From Candidatus Bathyarchaeota archaeon (lineage in GTDB: Archaea; Thermoproteota; Bathyarchaeia; Bathyarchaeales; Bathycorpusculaceae), in assembly GCA_963826715.1 (NCBI GenBank), contig CAWGYA010000002.1, forward strand, positions 96,001 through 160,000: a stretch of DNA of 64,000 bases, read 5' to 3'. The translations under genes were made by a program, and so were the position numbers. Each line of letters opens with the position of its first letter. Within the stretch, counting starts at the first letter, position 1. Of this stretch, positions 40,795 through 48,803 are shown one piece after another. The notes under the pieces are model-generated. The model was given only the letters and a program-made list of their open reading frames with translations. It had not been told where the DNA came from and ran no database searches.

Positions 40795-40945
40795 TGTTAG
40801 TGTGGTTGGAGGGACGGTTAAGTGTGTTGACCTGCCACTACGCCATCCGCAGTCGAGGAGAAAGGAGAAGGCTTCGAAAACGGAAAAGGTTAGCATAGCT
40901 TAGTGGCTTGCCTTCAACCTTAACCAGTCTCTCCAATCACTAACA
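40795..40945. ncRNA. Candidate structured ncRNA (long imperfect hairpin)
   Basis: Arms 40795-40840 and 40901-40945 form about 38 bp with bulges and G-U pairs; inner stems TCCG/CGGA and TCGAGG/CTTCGA; intergenic between convergent genes. Confidence 0.55.
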
Positions 40946-41024
40946 AGACTTAAGATATATTAAAAGTAATTTAAAGTTTATGAAAAAGAAATAAACATCA
41001 AAAATATGAATCCAGCCTAATGAA

Positions 41025-41606
41025 TTACCGAAGACTCAAAATACCTTCAAGAATACAACGCTCAGAAACATTAAGCTGCTTTGCTAAAAAAGCCTTCATA
41101 ATTATTGAAAAACGAGGCAACGGACCGCTATAACTAATAACCTGGTTAGCTTTGAGTGCATATGTCTGAAAAATTTTTTCGTCTTCTTTATAATTAAAAG
41201 AAATAGTCTGTGCTCCTGCAGCTAATTCTTGGAAATCTTCCCATAACTTGCAATTCAAAATCACAGAAGGACCATTTGATGTCAAAGTTGATACGGCTTC
41301 AATACCAGAACCCACTATTACTGGAGCCATTGCAGGGACATTCTGGGCAACCAAGGCAGGAGCCGCAATTTTAGAGCCGCATGAAATGTTACCGATTAAA
41401 GTTGTAACTTCTTTTTGTAAATTGATGATTTTTTCCTCAACCTTTTCAACTTTTCCTGTTAACTCTCCTGTGTCACCCATCTGCTCAGTAACCGTTGCCA
41501 ACTCATTAATGAGCTTGTCTAGATCATGTTCATGTTCTTTAAGAACATTAACTATGAAATCAAGTGCCTCGAGAGCTTCATCTTTTTGCTGTGGATTTTT
41601 TGCCAA
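41025..41606 (-). CDS. Conserved hypothetical protein with N-terminal coiled coil
   Basis: EALEALDFIVNVLKEHEHDLDKLINEL heptads; GAGG RBS, TTG start. Confidence 0.75.
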   Translation of the reverse strand: MAKNPQQKDEALEALDFIVNVLKEHEHDLDKLINELATVTEQMGDTGELTGKVEKVEEKIINLQKEVTTLIGNISCGSKIAAPALVAQNVPAMAPVIVGSGIEAVSTLTSNGPSVILNCKLWEDFQELAAGAQTISFNYKEDEKIFQTYALKANQVISYSGPLPRFSIIMKAFLAKQLNVSERCILEGILSLR

Positions 41607-41759
41607 TGTGATTTAACCTCGCGTATCTGACAACTCACTACACGCATTTTTTATATATAGTTAGCGAATTGGCAAATAGTATCCTTGTAACTACATTAAT
41701 ATACTTATTAAAAATTCTGTACAACAAGAAAACACTAGAAAAATGGAAATAGAAAACTC

Positions 41760-42554
41760 TTATTTCGATGTTTTTCGACGTTTAAAAGCCATTAGAATCA
41801 TAACAAAAAATAGCAACATAACACCCAAAACTGCGACGTATACCAACTCAACAGGGGAAGATACTGCTTGATTTTCGGTTGCGTTCGGAGTGGTGGGAAT
41901 GGCATTTTTAAGTGGTGCCTGAGGCTCAATGGGAATCACGTCTGTAGGGACAGGAGTCGGTTTAATTGTTTTTTGGTCCTGAACAGCCTCTTTGTTTTCG
42001 TCAATTGACAAACTCTGAGAATAGCTTCCTGGATCAGCAAAATCCCAAGACGGAAGCTTGCTTGTTGCAGGGGATGGATCCAAAACTGAATTACTACTTA
42101 AACTCATGGTTACTATTCCAGATATCCAAGATTCACCGTTTGAGAATGGAATAACTAACCTTACGACTTCAGGGAGAAGAATATCATTTATTTTATAGGC
42201 TATGATCACGTCGGTTCGGAGAGCAAAATCGATAGGTATGCTTACTTCGTAACTATCTGATGCTGTAAATTCTATGGACTGAACAGATAGAGAATTAATG
42301 CCTAAAGTATTTAGCAGGTCAATTAGTGTTACTCCGACCCAATCTCCTTCCGCTATAAGATCACCAAAACATCTGAGCTCTGCATTGACTGTTGTTTGAG
42401 GCATCGCCATAAGTTGGTCGTAGGAAACTGTAACTAATGTTCCGGAAAGATCGCTTACTTGTATATTCCATTGTATTGTGCTATCTGATGCGCCCGTGGG
42501 AACTGTGAGCAAAATGACTAAGGTTGCAAGGAAAATTATTACGGGTTTTATCAT
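41760..42554 (-). CDS. Exported sulfite-oxidase-family molybdopterin-binding domain protein with C-terminal TM anchor
   Basis: Signal peptide; L.C......W.GV.L.DLL, F.A.D.Y...IP, IIAY..N...L...RLV.P...G..W; Pro-rich linker and TM followed by KRRK. Confidence 0.75.
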   Translation of the reverse strand: MIKPVIIFLATLVILLTVPTGASDSTIQWNIQVSDLSGTLVTVSYDQLMAMPQTTVNAELRCFGDLIAEGDWVGVTLIDLLNTLGINSLSVQSIEFTASDSYEVSIPIDFALRTDVIIAYKINDILLPEVVRLVIPFSNGESWISGIVTMSLSSNSVLDPSPATSKLPSWDFADPGSYSQSLSIDENKEAVQDQKTIKPTPVPTDVIPIEPQAPLKNAIPTTPNATENQAVSSPVELVYVAVLGVMLLFFVMILMAFKRRKTSK

Positions 42555-42562
42555 ACTAATAT

Positions 42563-42578
42563 TATGACAAGTGTCATA
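42563..42578. promoter_or_regulatory. Palindromic operator between TATA box and start of the Moco-domain gene
   Basis: TATGACA-AG-TGTCATA perfect 7-bp inverted repeat; TTTAAA at 42581-42586. Confidence 0.55.
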
Positions 42579-43012
42579 CTTTTAAATGCTTTGCAAATAA
42601 CCGATATACAATAAGTCAAAAAAATTAAATACGATTCAGTTTCACGTAAACACACGTGAAAAATACAAAACGAGCTCCTTTCAACCTCAACAGATAAATT
42701 TCCAAAAAGCGTCAAAGACTATATGCAAGTATAAAACTGTTTTAAGCACATTTCAAAAATTGAACCACTTTAAATTAGAGAATCCTCGTCCCACTAAACT
42801 GATTTCGATGTTTGATTTAGGTTAGATAACAACCACGGTTGGGATGTTTCATTCTTCTTTCCGCCAATTTTTTTCAAAAGAAGGTGACTTCTTATCAATA
42901 TTTGTGCATATAAGTTTGATACCAGTATCTCAAATGTACCAGGTTTACATTAATAACGCGGAAATATACATTTGAGAAAATTATAAATATAAAATTAAGG
43001 AATGTAGGGAGT

Positions 43013-43639
43013 ATGAAAATAAGACAATCGTATATAGCAATCATCGCGTTAGCGCTATTGATTGGCGCCAGTTTATTTTCTTCCGCTCAAAGCCAAGCTA
43101 TTAATGAACCTCAATCAATACAAGTTACTCTTAACACTCCAGTAACAAACGCAACCATAACTGACAATTTCAACGTAACATTTACGTTTACACCAATAAT
43201 TTCAGGTAATGATACACTCAAACTTGCATTATTAAAAATTGATGATAAAGTTATAACCACAGCCACCAACAAAACTAACTTAGTGACCAATATAACTAAC
43301 GTAATCGAGTACACTTTTACACAAAATGGAACCTACCTATGGAATATACAGTTACAAAACAGCACGGGCTTTGTTTATGCTGCTGAGCCCTTCAACATAA
43401 CCATTTCAATATATACTCCAGAGCCTACTCCAACACCTTCGCCCACTCCATTACCTGTAACACCCACTCCTGCACCTGTAACACCGTCTCCAACTTTAAT
43501 GCCAACGCTTACTCCAACGCCTACTCCAACACCTGAGTTTGAACCAGGCATAGACACTTGGACAATCGTTATTATAGCTGTTATAGCAATAATTGCTATC
43601 GGCGCAGCTGTATTGTTATTTCTTGGGCGAAAAAAGTAA
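43013..43639 (+). CDS. Surface protein with Pro/Thr-rich linker and C-terminal TM
   Basis: Signal peptide, Ig-like beta region with several N-x-T/S sequons, PTPTP linker, TM followed by RKK. Confidence 0.8.
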   Translation: MKIRQSYIAIIALALLIGASLFSSAQSQAINEPQSIQVTLNTPVTNATITDNFNVTFTFTPIISGNDTLKLALLKIDDKVITTATNKTNLVTNITNVIEYTFTQNGTYLWNIQLQNSTGFVYAAEPFNITISIYTPEPTPTPSPTPLPVTPTPAPVTPSPTLMPTLTPTPTPTPEFEPGIDTWTIVIIAVIAIIAIGAAVLLFLGRKK

Positions 43640-43666
43640 AGCGTTCCTTTTTTTATTTTTTTAAAA

Positions 43667-43954
43667 TTAGTGAGAAATCCACACGCACTTGATGGCTTTA
43701 GAGGAGCAGACTAAAACGCATGGATTCTGACCTGTTTCGGGTTTACAACAGGCGCATGTGTATCTTATTTTTTTGCGATTCTCGTCCTTGATTGAGGCAA
43801 CTGTTTTATCTTCTAAATCAATAAATTCCGTTTCAAGCGATAGTGCATTTTGAGGGCAGATTTGAACACATTTACCACACCCACTACATTTGTCGGAGTC
43901 TATAATAATGTAGTATTCACCTGACCCATCAGTGTAGCCATAATGCGTTATCAT
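43667..43954 (-). CDS. Ferredoxin, BzdM type
   Basis: YGYTDGSGEYYIIIDSDKCSGCGKCVQICP...C..C.....C...C. Confidence 0.85.
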   Translation of the reverse strand: MITHYGYTDGSGEYYIIIDSDKCSGCGKCVQICPQNALSLETEFIDLEDKTVASIKDENRKKIRYTCACCKPETGQNPCVLVCSSKAIKCVWISH

Positions 43955-43963
43955 GTCTATTCA

Positions 43964-44860
43964 CTAAGTTTTTTGTTCCTTCTCATAAAGTGCTTTAGCA
44001 AAGGATGCAGCCCCCAAAGCGCCTGCAACCATCGGGTCTAAGCCGCCCTCTCTCCAAAGCGGCATGGGCAGACACTTAACGCCTAAAATAGCCTCAATTC
44101 GACTAACAATACCAATGTTCTTTGATTGCCCGCCGGTAACCACAAGTTCTGGTTCTAAACCGACGCGATTTATGAGGTTAGCCATGCGCACAGCCATTGC
44201 ACGTGTGTATGCTGCCAATACCTTCTCTTTAGACCAGCCCTTACGAAGAAGCCCCATGGCCTCGGTTTTTGCAAAAGATACACAGGTGCAACTTACAGGC
44301 TCTGGTTCCTTCTCCACCTTCAAGGATATGTCACCAATTTCTTCAATAGGAATCTGCAAAAGATCTGCAAAAACCTCCATGCCTCTTCCAGTGCCTGCTG
44401 CGCATTTATCGTTCATCAAAAAGGAGACAACTCTGCCAGTTTCATCGATTTTAATTGCCTTGATGTCCTGTCCGCCTACGTCTAAAACTGTTCGAACCTT
44501 GGGTCCCCAGATGTAATTTGCTCCCCTAGCATGGCATGCGATTTCAGTTATGGCTTTGTTTGCCATAGGGACGTTGACTCGCCCGTAACCTGTACCTACA
44601 ATGAACTTTATGTCACCAACGGGCATTCCAGTATCTTTTAGAGCAAAAGCAAGGGCTTTTGTGGCGCTTTCTGGGCTGTTGCTACCAGTGCGGGTAATTC
44701 CCCAACTGAAGGCTTGCCCATTTACCATAACTGCAGCTTTGGAGCCCACTGACCCCACATCTACGCCAGCGGTTATAATGTCTTTGCTACTCCACTTAAT
44801 ATTGGGCATTATTCGGTGATATTCTTGCCAACGCCAGAACTCATCTTTAATTGCGCTCAC
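43964..44860 (-). CDS. ATP-dependent activase subunit, BzdQ/BcrA-like (BadF/BadG/BcrA/BcrD family)
   Basis: N-terminal FWRW.E motif, AGVDVGSV, GTGYGR, TEIACH.RG, DVGGQD.K, MNDKCAAGTGR. Confidence 0.88.
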   Translation of the reverse strand: MSAIKDEFWRWQEYHRIMPNIKWSSKDIITAGVDVGSVGSKAAVMVNGQAFSWGITRTGSNSPESATKALAFALKDTGMPVGDIKFIVGTGYGRVNVPMANKAITEIACHARGANYIWGPKVRTVLDVGGQDIKAIKIDETGRVVSFLMNDKCAAGTGRGMEVFADLLQIPIEEIGDISLKVEKEPEPVSCTCVSFAKTEAMGLLRKGWSKEKVLAAYTRAMAVRMANLINRVGLEPELVVTGGQSKNIGIVSRIEAILGVKCLPMPLWREGGLDPMVAGALGAASFAKALYEKEQKT

Positions 44861-45642
44861 TTAGATACCTCCTTAAACCGTGTTGCGGCAATCAATCCAG
44901 CGCCCAGTGCTCCGACATAATCGGGATACTCTGGAAGCTGCACAGTCAAACCAAGTTTTCGATTAAGAGAAGCCACAAATCCCACGTCTTTAGCAACACC
45001 ACCCACCAATACCACCTCAAGGTTTACGCCGAGTCGATGAATCATCGAGGATACACGATCAGCCATCGCATCAAAAACTGCACGAGCAATTTCAGGTTTT
45101 GATTCTTGGCGGTGAATAAGCGAAACAACGTCGGATTCGCCAAAAATGACGCAGGAAGCATTAATGGGGCTTGCGCGTTCAGCTTTTAATGACAGTGGTC
45201 CCATATCTTCAAGCTTGACTTCAAGAGCTCTTGCCATAGCTTCGATGAAGGCTCCTGAACCCGCAGCACAACGCTCGTTTACAACGAAATCAACCATGAT
45301 ACCTCGGTCGTCACATTTTATCGCGCGTGCCTCTTCTGCTCCGACGTCGATGATTGTTCGGGCGTTAGGCAAAAGGTAGACAACTGCTTTAGCGTCCGCA
45401 CCCATCATGCTAACTGTACTATTGCTATATGGCGCCATATCCGCAGCGGATCCCGTGGATGAAAAATGTTTTACGTCCGAGAGTTCCAGATTTGCGGCTT
45501 TTAGGGCTTCGCCGACGGCTTGTTCAGTGGTTTTGGTGGGATCAAACCCTGCGAAGGTCTGAGATCTTCCAACGACTTTGCCGTCAGCTAAAACTACAAC
45601 TTTAATGCGCTGTGTGCCAAGATCCATTCCAACAGTTATCAT
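44857..45642 (-). CDS. ATP-dependent activase subunit, BzdP/BcrD-like
   Basis: GMDLGT, DVGAEEARA, NERCAAGSGAF.E, NASCVIFGESDVVSLIH. Confidence 0.88.
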   Translation of the reverse strand: MITVGMDLGTQRIKVVVLADGKVVGRSQTFAGFDPTKTTEQAVGEALKAANLELSDVKHFSSTGSAADMAPYSNSTVSMMGADAKAVVYLLPNARTIIDVGAEEARAIKCDDRGIMVDFVVNERCAAGSGAFIEAMARALEVKLEDMGPLSLKAERASPINASCVIFGESDVVSLIHRQESKPEIARAVFDAMADRVSSMIHRLGVNLEVVLVGGVAKDVGFVASLNRKLGLTVQLPEYPDYVGALGAGLIAATRFKEVSK

Positions 45643-45654
45643 TTATTCATTCAC

Positions 45655-46986
45655 CTATATGTCGACTCTTGCAGTTAACATTTCGAGGAAAGCTTCCACG
45701 CGAGTTTTCATCTGACCTACGTCTTCTCTAGTGTATTCTGTATCCAAATAGTAGACTGGAACATTAATTTTGTCCAATGCCTTCTTAACGCGGGTGTACT
45801 CCATGGCATACAGCATGCATCCACGGACCACGTAATAGATTACGCCTTGTACATTCCAATCTTTAACTTTGTTTAACAACCAATTGATACGATCTTCGTT
45901 TCCATCTTTGCTTGTAAAACAAGGACATGTTGAAGCCATTAAGTAACGATCACTGATTGCCTTTAGCATGTCATCCATTGACCATTCGTCTACGCCAACA
46001 GGGTCGTTTAAAATACGCTCGCCGCTGCACTGCTCGTCCGCGACGATGATGCCTTGTGGGTTAGATTCTTCAACGAGAGTAGGAAGTTTCCAGTTGTCAG
46101 GCCAAAACATTGGGGTTCCGGTTACCATCACACGGGGTGTATCAGGACTACATACCCAATCTTTAGCCTGGACCCTTGTCTCTAGTTCATCACAAAGCGC
46201 CTCAGTTTTCTCTGTCCAGCGTTTCTTATCGTCCCAACTATATGACTGATTAACAAGCATGGCATCTCTTCCCATGATTACGGGGTTTCCTTTACGGAGA
46301 TCTTGAAGACGGCGAAAAGCTTTGGTTGCGCGGTGGCTGATTTCGATGGCCTCTTTTAGGTTTTTGCGTGTGATTTTGTTACCTGTAAACGCTTCAATCT
46401 GTGTTTTCATGTTTTTTATTTCATCATTCCAGAATCGCAAAGAATGCGCTGAATCTTTTATTCGTGGGACATTCATTCCCCAGACAACTTTTTGATCGCT
46501 AAGAATTTCGCTCAATTTAGTCATTCCGTCGCAGGTCAAAACGCTAATTAAGGCGTCACTTTGCTCAAGAAACGGTGAAAGTTCGATCATTTGTGCACCT
46601 ATTGTTGAGCGGAGAACTGGACAAACCTCTACTGGCACCACGCGGTCACCCAGCTTTGAGGTGTCATACCAACCGGAATTAACACGCAACGGGATAGCAC
46701 CAGCGGCCATAATTAATTCAGTAGGCGCGAAGAGGCAAAGGTATCCAATAACTTTTTTGCCTTTTTCTTTCTCGGCTTGAATTTCGGCTTGGCGCTGCCC
46801 AAAAAGGTTTGATAAGTCATCAAAGTACTTCATAGAAACTGGACGATGGGGGTCAGCTTTCTTCATTCGTTCGATATTGTCAGCTATTATTTTTTGGGAT
46901 GCTGCCTTTATTGTGTTTTTGAGTTCATCCTTTTCTTTTTGAGATATTTCAGGCATATATTTTCGTTCATTGGGTTCAGTTTTCAT
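45655..46986 (-). CDS. 2-hydroxyacyl-CoA dehydratase-family Fe-S protein, double-cubane (DCCP)-like
   Basis: GYLCLFAP.E, VCPVLRS, TCDG, DEQCSGER, TCPCF, GCMLY, D.GQ.KTRVEAFLEML. Confidence 0.8.
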   Translation of the reverse strand: MKTEPNERKYMPEISQKEKDELKNTIKAASQKIIADNIERMKKADPHRPVSMKYFDDLSNLFGQRQAEIQAEKEKGKKVIGYLCLFAPTELIMAAGAIPLRVNSGWYDTSKLGDRVVPVEVCPVLRSTIGAQMIELSPFLEQSDALISVLTCDGMTKLSEILSDQKVVWGMNVPRIKDSAHSLRFWNDEIKNMKTQIEAFTGNKITRKNLKEAIEISHRATKAFRRLQDLRKGNPVIMGRDAMLVNQSYSWDDKKRWTEKTEALCDELETRVQAKDWVCSPDTPRVMVTGTPMFWPDNWKLPTLVEESNPQGIIVADEQCSGERILNDPVGVDEWSMDDMLKAISDRYLMASTCPCFTSKDGNEDRINWLLNKVKDWNVQGVIYYVVRGCMLYAMEYTRVKKALDKINVPVYYLDTEYTREDVGQMKTRVEAFLEMLTARVDI

Positions 46987-47977
46987 GTTTCTCACTCACT
47001 TTGGGGGGCTCTAACCAATTCCTTGACTCAAACAGGGTTTTTTTGCCCAACTTTATTTCTAATGCATCTTCATAGGGACACATTTCAACACATCGAACAC
47101 AGATCATACATTGGGAAGTTCCGATTTTCCCACCTTTCTGCTCGTACACCTCATTAACCTGAACGGGACAAACGCGTTTACATACGCCACATTTGGTGCA
47201 TTTTTCTTCGTTCTTGTTAACATAAAGCAGCGGGACTCTTTTAAAATATTTAAATCTGTTAACAGCGGCGATTGAGGCACCAGTGGGGCAGAAACGGCAC
47301 CAAACGCGTCTAATAGCAAAGCCCCCAATCAAAGTCAATGCCACGAAAACAACAGATATTATCTGTCCAAGTTGAGTTCCAGCAAACATTATGATATTCT
47401 GCGTGTAGGGATAACTAAAATACATTCCCCCAAGACCCAATGGAGCTGTTGTCCAAGACACAATAGGGGTAATCATGGGGTCAATCAAAAAAGCATAAGC
47501 GCGGAAAGGTCCAGCTAGAACCTGCACCATAACAATCGCATAAGTCAGATTTTGAGGAGGCTCCAAAATCCAAAGAATAATTGGTAAAAAGAGGAGGAAA
47601 AAAAGCAATATAACATATCTTGATTTGTGAAGAGCAATATTGAGTTTATCAGGAACAAGGCGATGCCCTTTTTTGAGAACTTTCCTTACAAAAATCTCTA
47701 AATCCATTATTAAGCCGAAAGGACAAAGCCAACCACAAAAGAAACGACCCAAAAACAATGTTAATCCAAAAAGAGCAATAACAACATAAAGCAAAGGTAC
47801 CGCATATGAAAATAAGTAGAAAATAGCTGCTGCCGACATTAATTGAACAATAAGCCGAACATAGGTCACTCGCATAGCGAGATTTGTTTTCCAGATAAGA
47901 ACCGCAAGTATTCCTGCTGCACCAAGCCCAGCTAGCACCGTAAGTCTCAACACATCCCCGACTATTTGAAACGACAT
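46976..47977 (-). CDS. Membrane-bound 4Fe-4S protein (NapH/MauN-like)
   Basis: GRFFCGWLCPFG, R.WCRFCP.G, CTKCGVCKRVCP, CMICVRCVEMCP plus several TM helices. Confidence 0.9.
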   Translation of the reverse strand: MSFQIVGDVLRLTVLAGLGAAGILAVLIWKTNLAMRVTYVRLIVQLMSAAAIFYLFSYAVPLLYVVIALFGLTLFLGRFFCGWLCPFGLIMDLEIFVRKVLKKGHRLVPDKLNIALHKSRYVILLFFLLFLPIILWILEPPQNLTYAIVMVQVLAGPFRAYAFLIDPMITPIVSWTTAPLGLGGMYFSYPYTQNIIMFAGTQLGQIISVVFVALTLIGGFAIRRVWCRFCPTGASIAAVNRFKYFKRVPLLYVNKNEEKCTKCGVCKRVCPVQVNEVYEQKGGKIGTSQCMICVRCVEMCPYEDALEIKLGKKTLFESRNWLEPPKVSEKHEN

Positions 47978-47987
47978 TTTCTCCCCT

Positions 47988-48689
47988 CTATGTTAACTGA
48001 ATCCCTGAATTTAACATTGTAAATAAGCCAAGAGCAATCAATACTCCTCCGCCAGTAAGAGATATCCATCTTCTGAACAGGGGTGCTTTGTTGAGCAACC
48101 ACCCAGTAACTCCGCCTAAAAGCAGCATTGGTGAAAGAGCTGTTCCCAATCCAAAGAGCACAGCTATACTCACGCTACCAAGCGGACTCGCAAACGGTAA
48201 GGAATAAACAAGTAGCGCGATTAGGGGAGGACAAACGATTAAGCCTCGGGTCAAACCAAGTGAAAAAGCACCAAAATTCACACCGAAACGCCCCCTTCCA
48301 CGGTTACCTAATGTTAAAGCAGTAGCTTTACCAGGACAATCACAATTTTTTCTGGCTTTAAATATTACCATCACACCGATAATAATTGTAACTGCGCCAA
48401 AACCAATGGAGGAGTAAACTTGAAAGGGCGAAATCGTCGCATCTGAAATAAAAAACCGCAATAGTCCGCTGAATAATCCGATTAAACCCCCAATTAAGGT
48501 GTAGGCTAAAACTCTGCCAGAGTTGAAGATCATAGTAATTTTTACACTTTTTGCAAAACCTGCGCCGACACCTGCAATGTACCCAGCTACAACGGGCAAG
48601 CATGAAGCGGTGCATACCGCTAAACCATATAACAATCCTCCTGCAAACGCCCCAACATATGGATTGGTGATTTCAGGTATCAACGACAT
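47988..48689 (-). CDS. CcdA/DsbD_2 (TauE/SafE-like) membrane protein
   Basis: About six TM helices; CTASCLP, FNSGRVLAY, GLIVCPP, FGLGT. Confidence 0.78.
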   Translation of the reverse strand: MSLIPEITNPYVGAFAGGLLYGLAVCTASCLPVVAGYIAGVGAGFAKSVKITMIFNSGRVLAYTLIGGLIGLFSGLLRFFISDATISPFQVYSSIGFGAVTIIIGVMVIFKARKNCDCPGKATALTLGNRGRGRFGVNFGAFSLGLTRGLIVCPPLIALLVYSLPFASPLGSVSIAVLFGLGTALSPMLLLGGVTGWLLNKAPLFRRWISLTGGGVLIALGLFTMLNSGIQLT

Positions 48690-48803
48690 GCGGATGTTCT
48701 CGTCGAAGGTTTAATACAGCATAATGGATTGAAAGCCATTTAAATCTTACATATACCAACGCATTTAAGCCAGTTTGGATTTTTGAGCTAAAAAAAGAAA
48801 AAG

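Noticed and set aside
40599-40898. 99-aa plus-strand ORF across the hairpin
   Set aside because: TTG start without RBS and no protein-like features; the region is better explained by RNA structure.
43417-43535. Tandem CCxACx repeats
   Set aside because: They encode the Pro/Thr linker of a surface protein; not a CRISPR array or DNA-level repeat element.
43667-46986. Calling the cluster a complete benzoyl-CoA reductase (bzdNOPQ)
   Set aside because: Only one catalytic-type subunit is present, with a DCCP-like cysteine pattern; no BzdN/BzdO pair or aromatic catabolism genes occur in the window.
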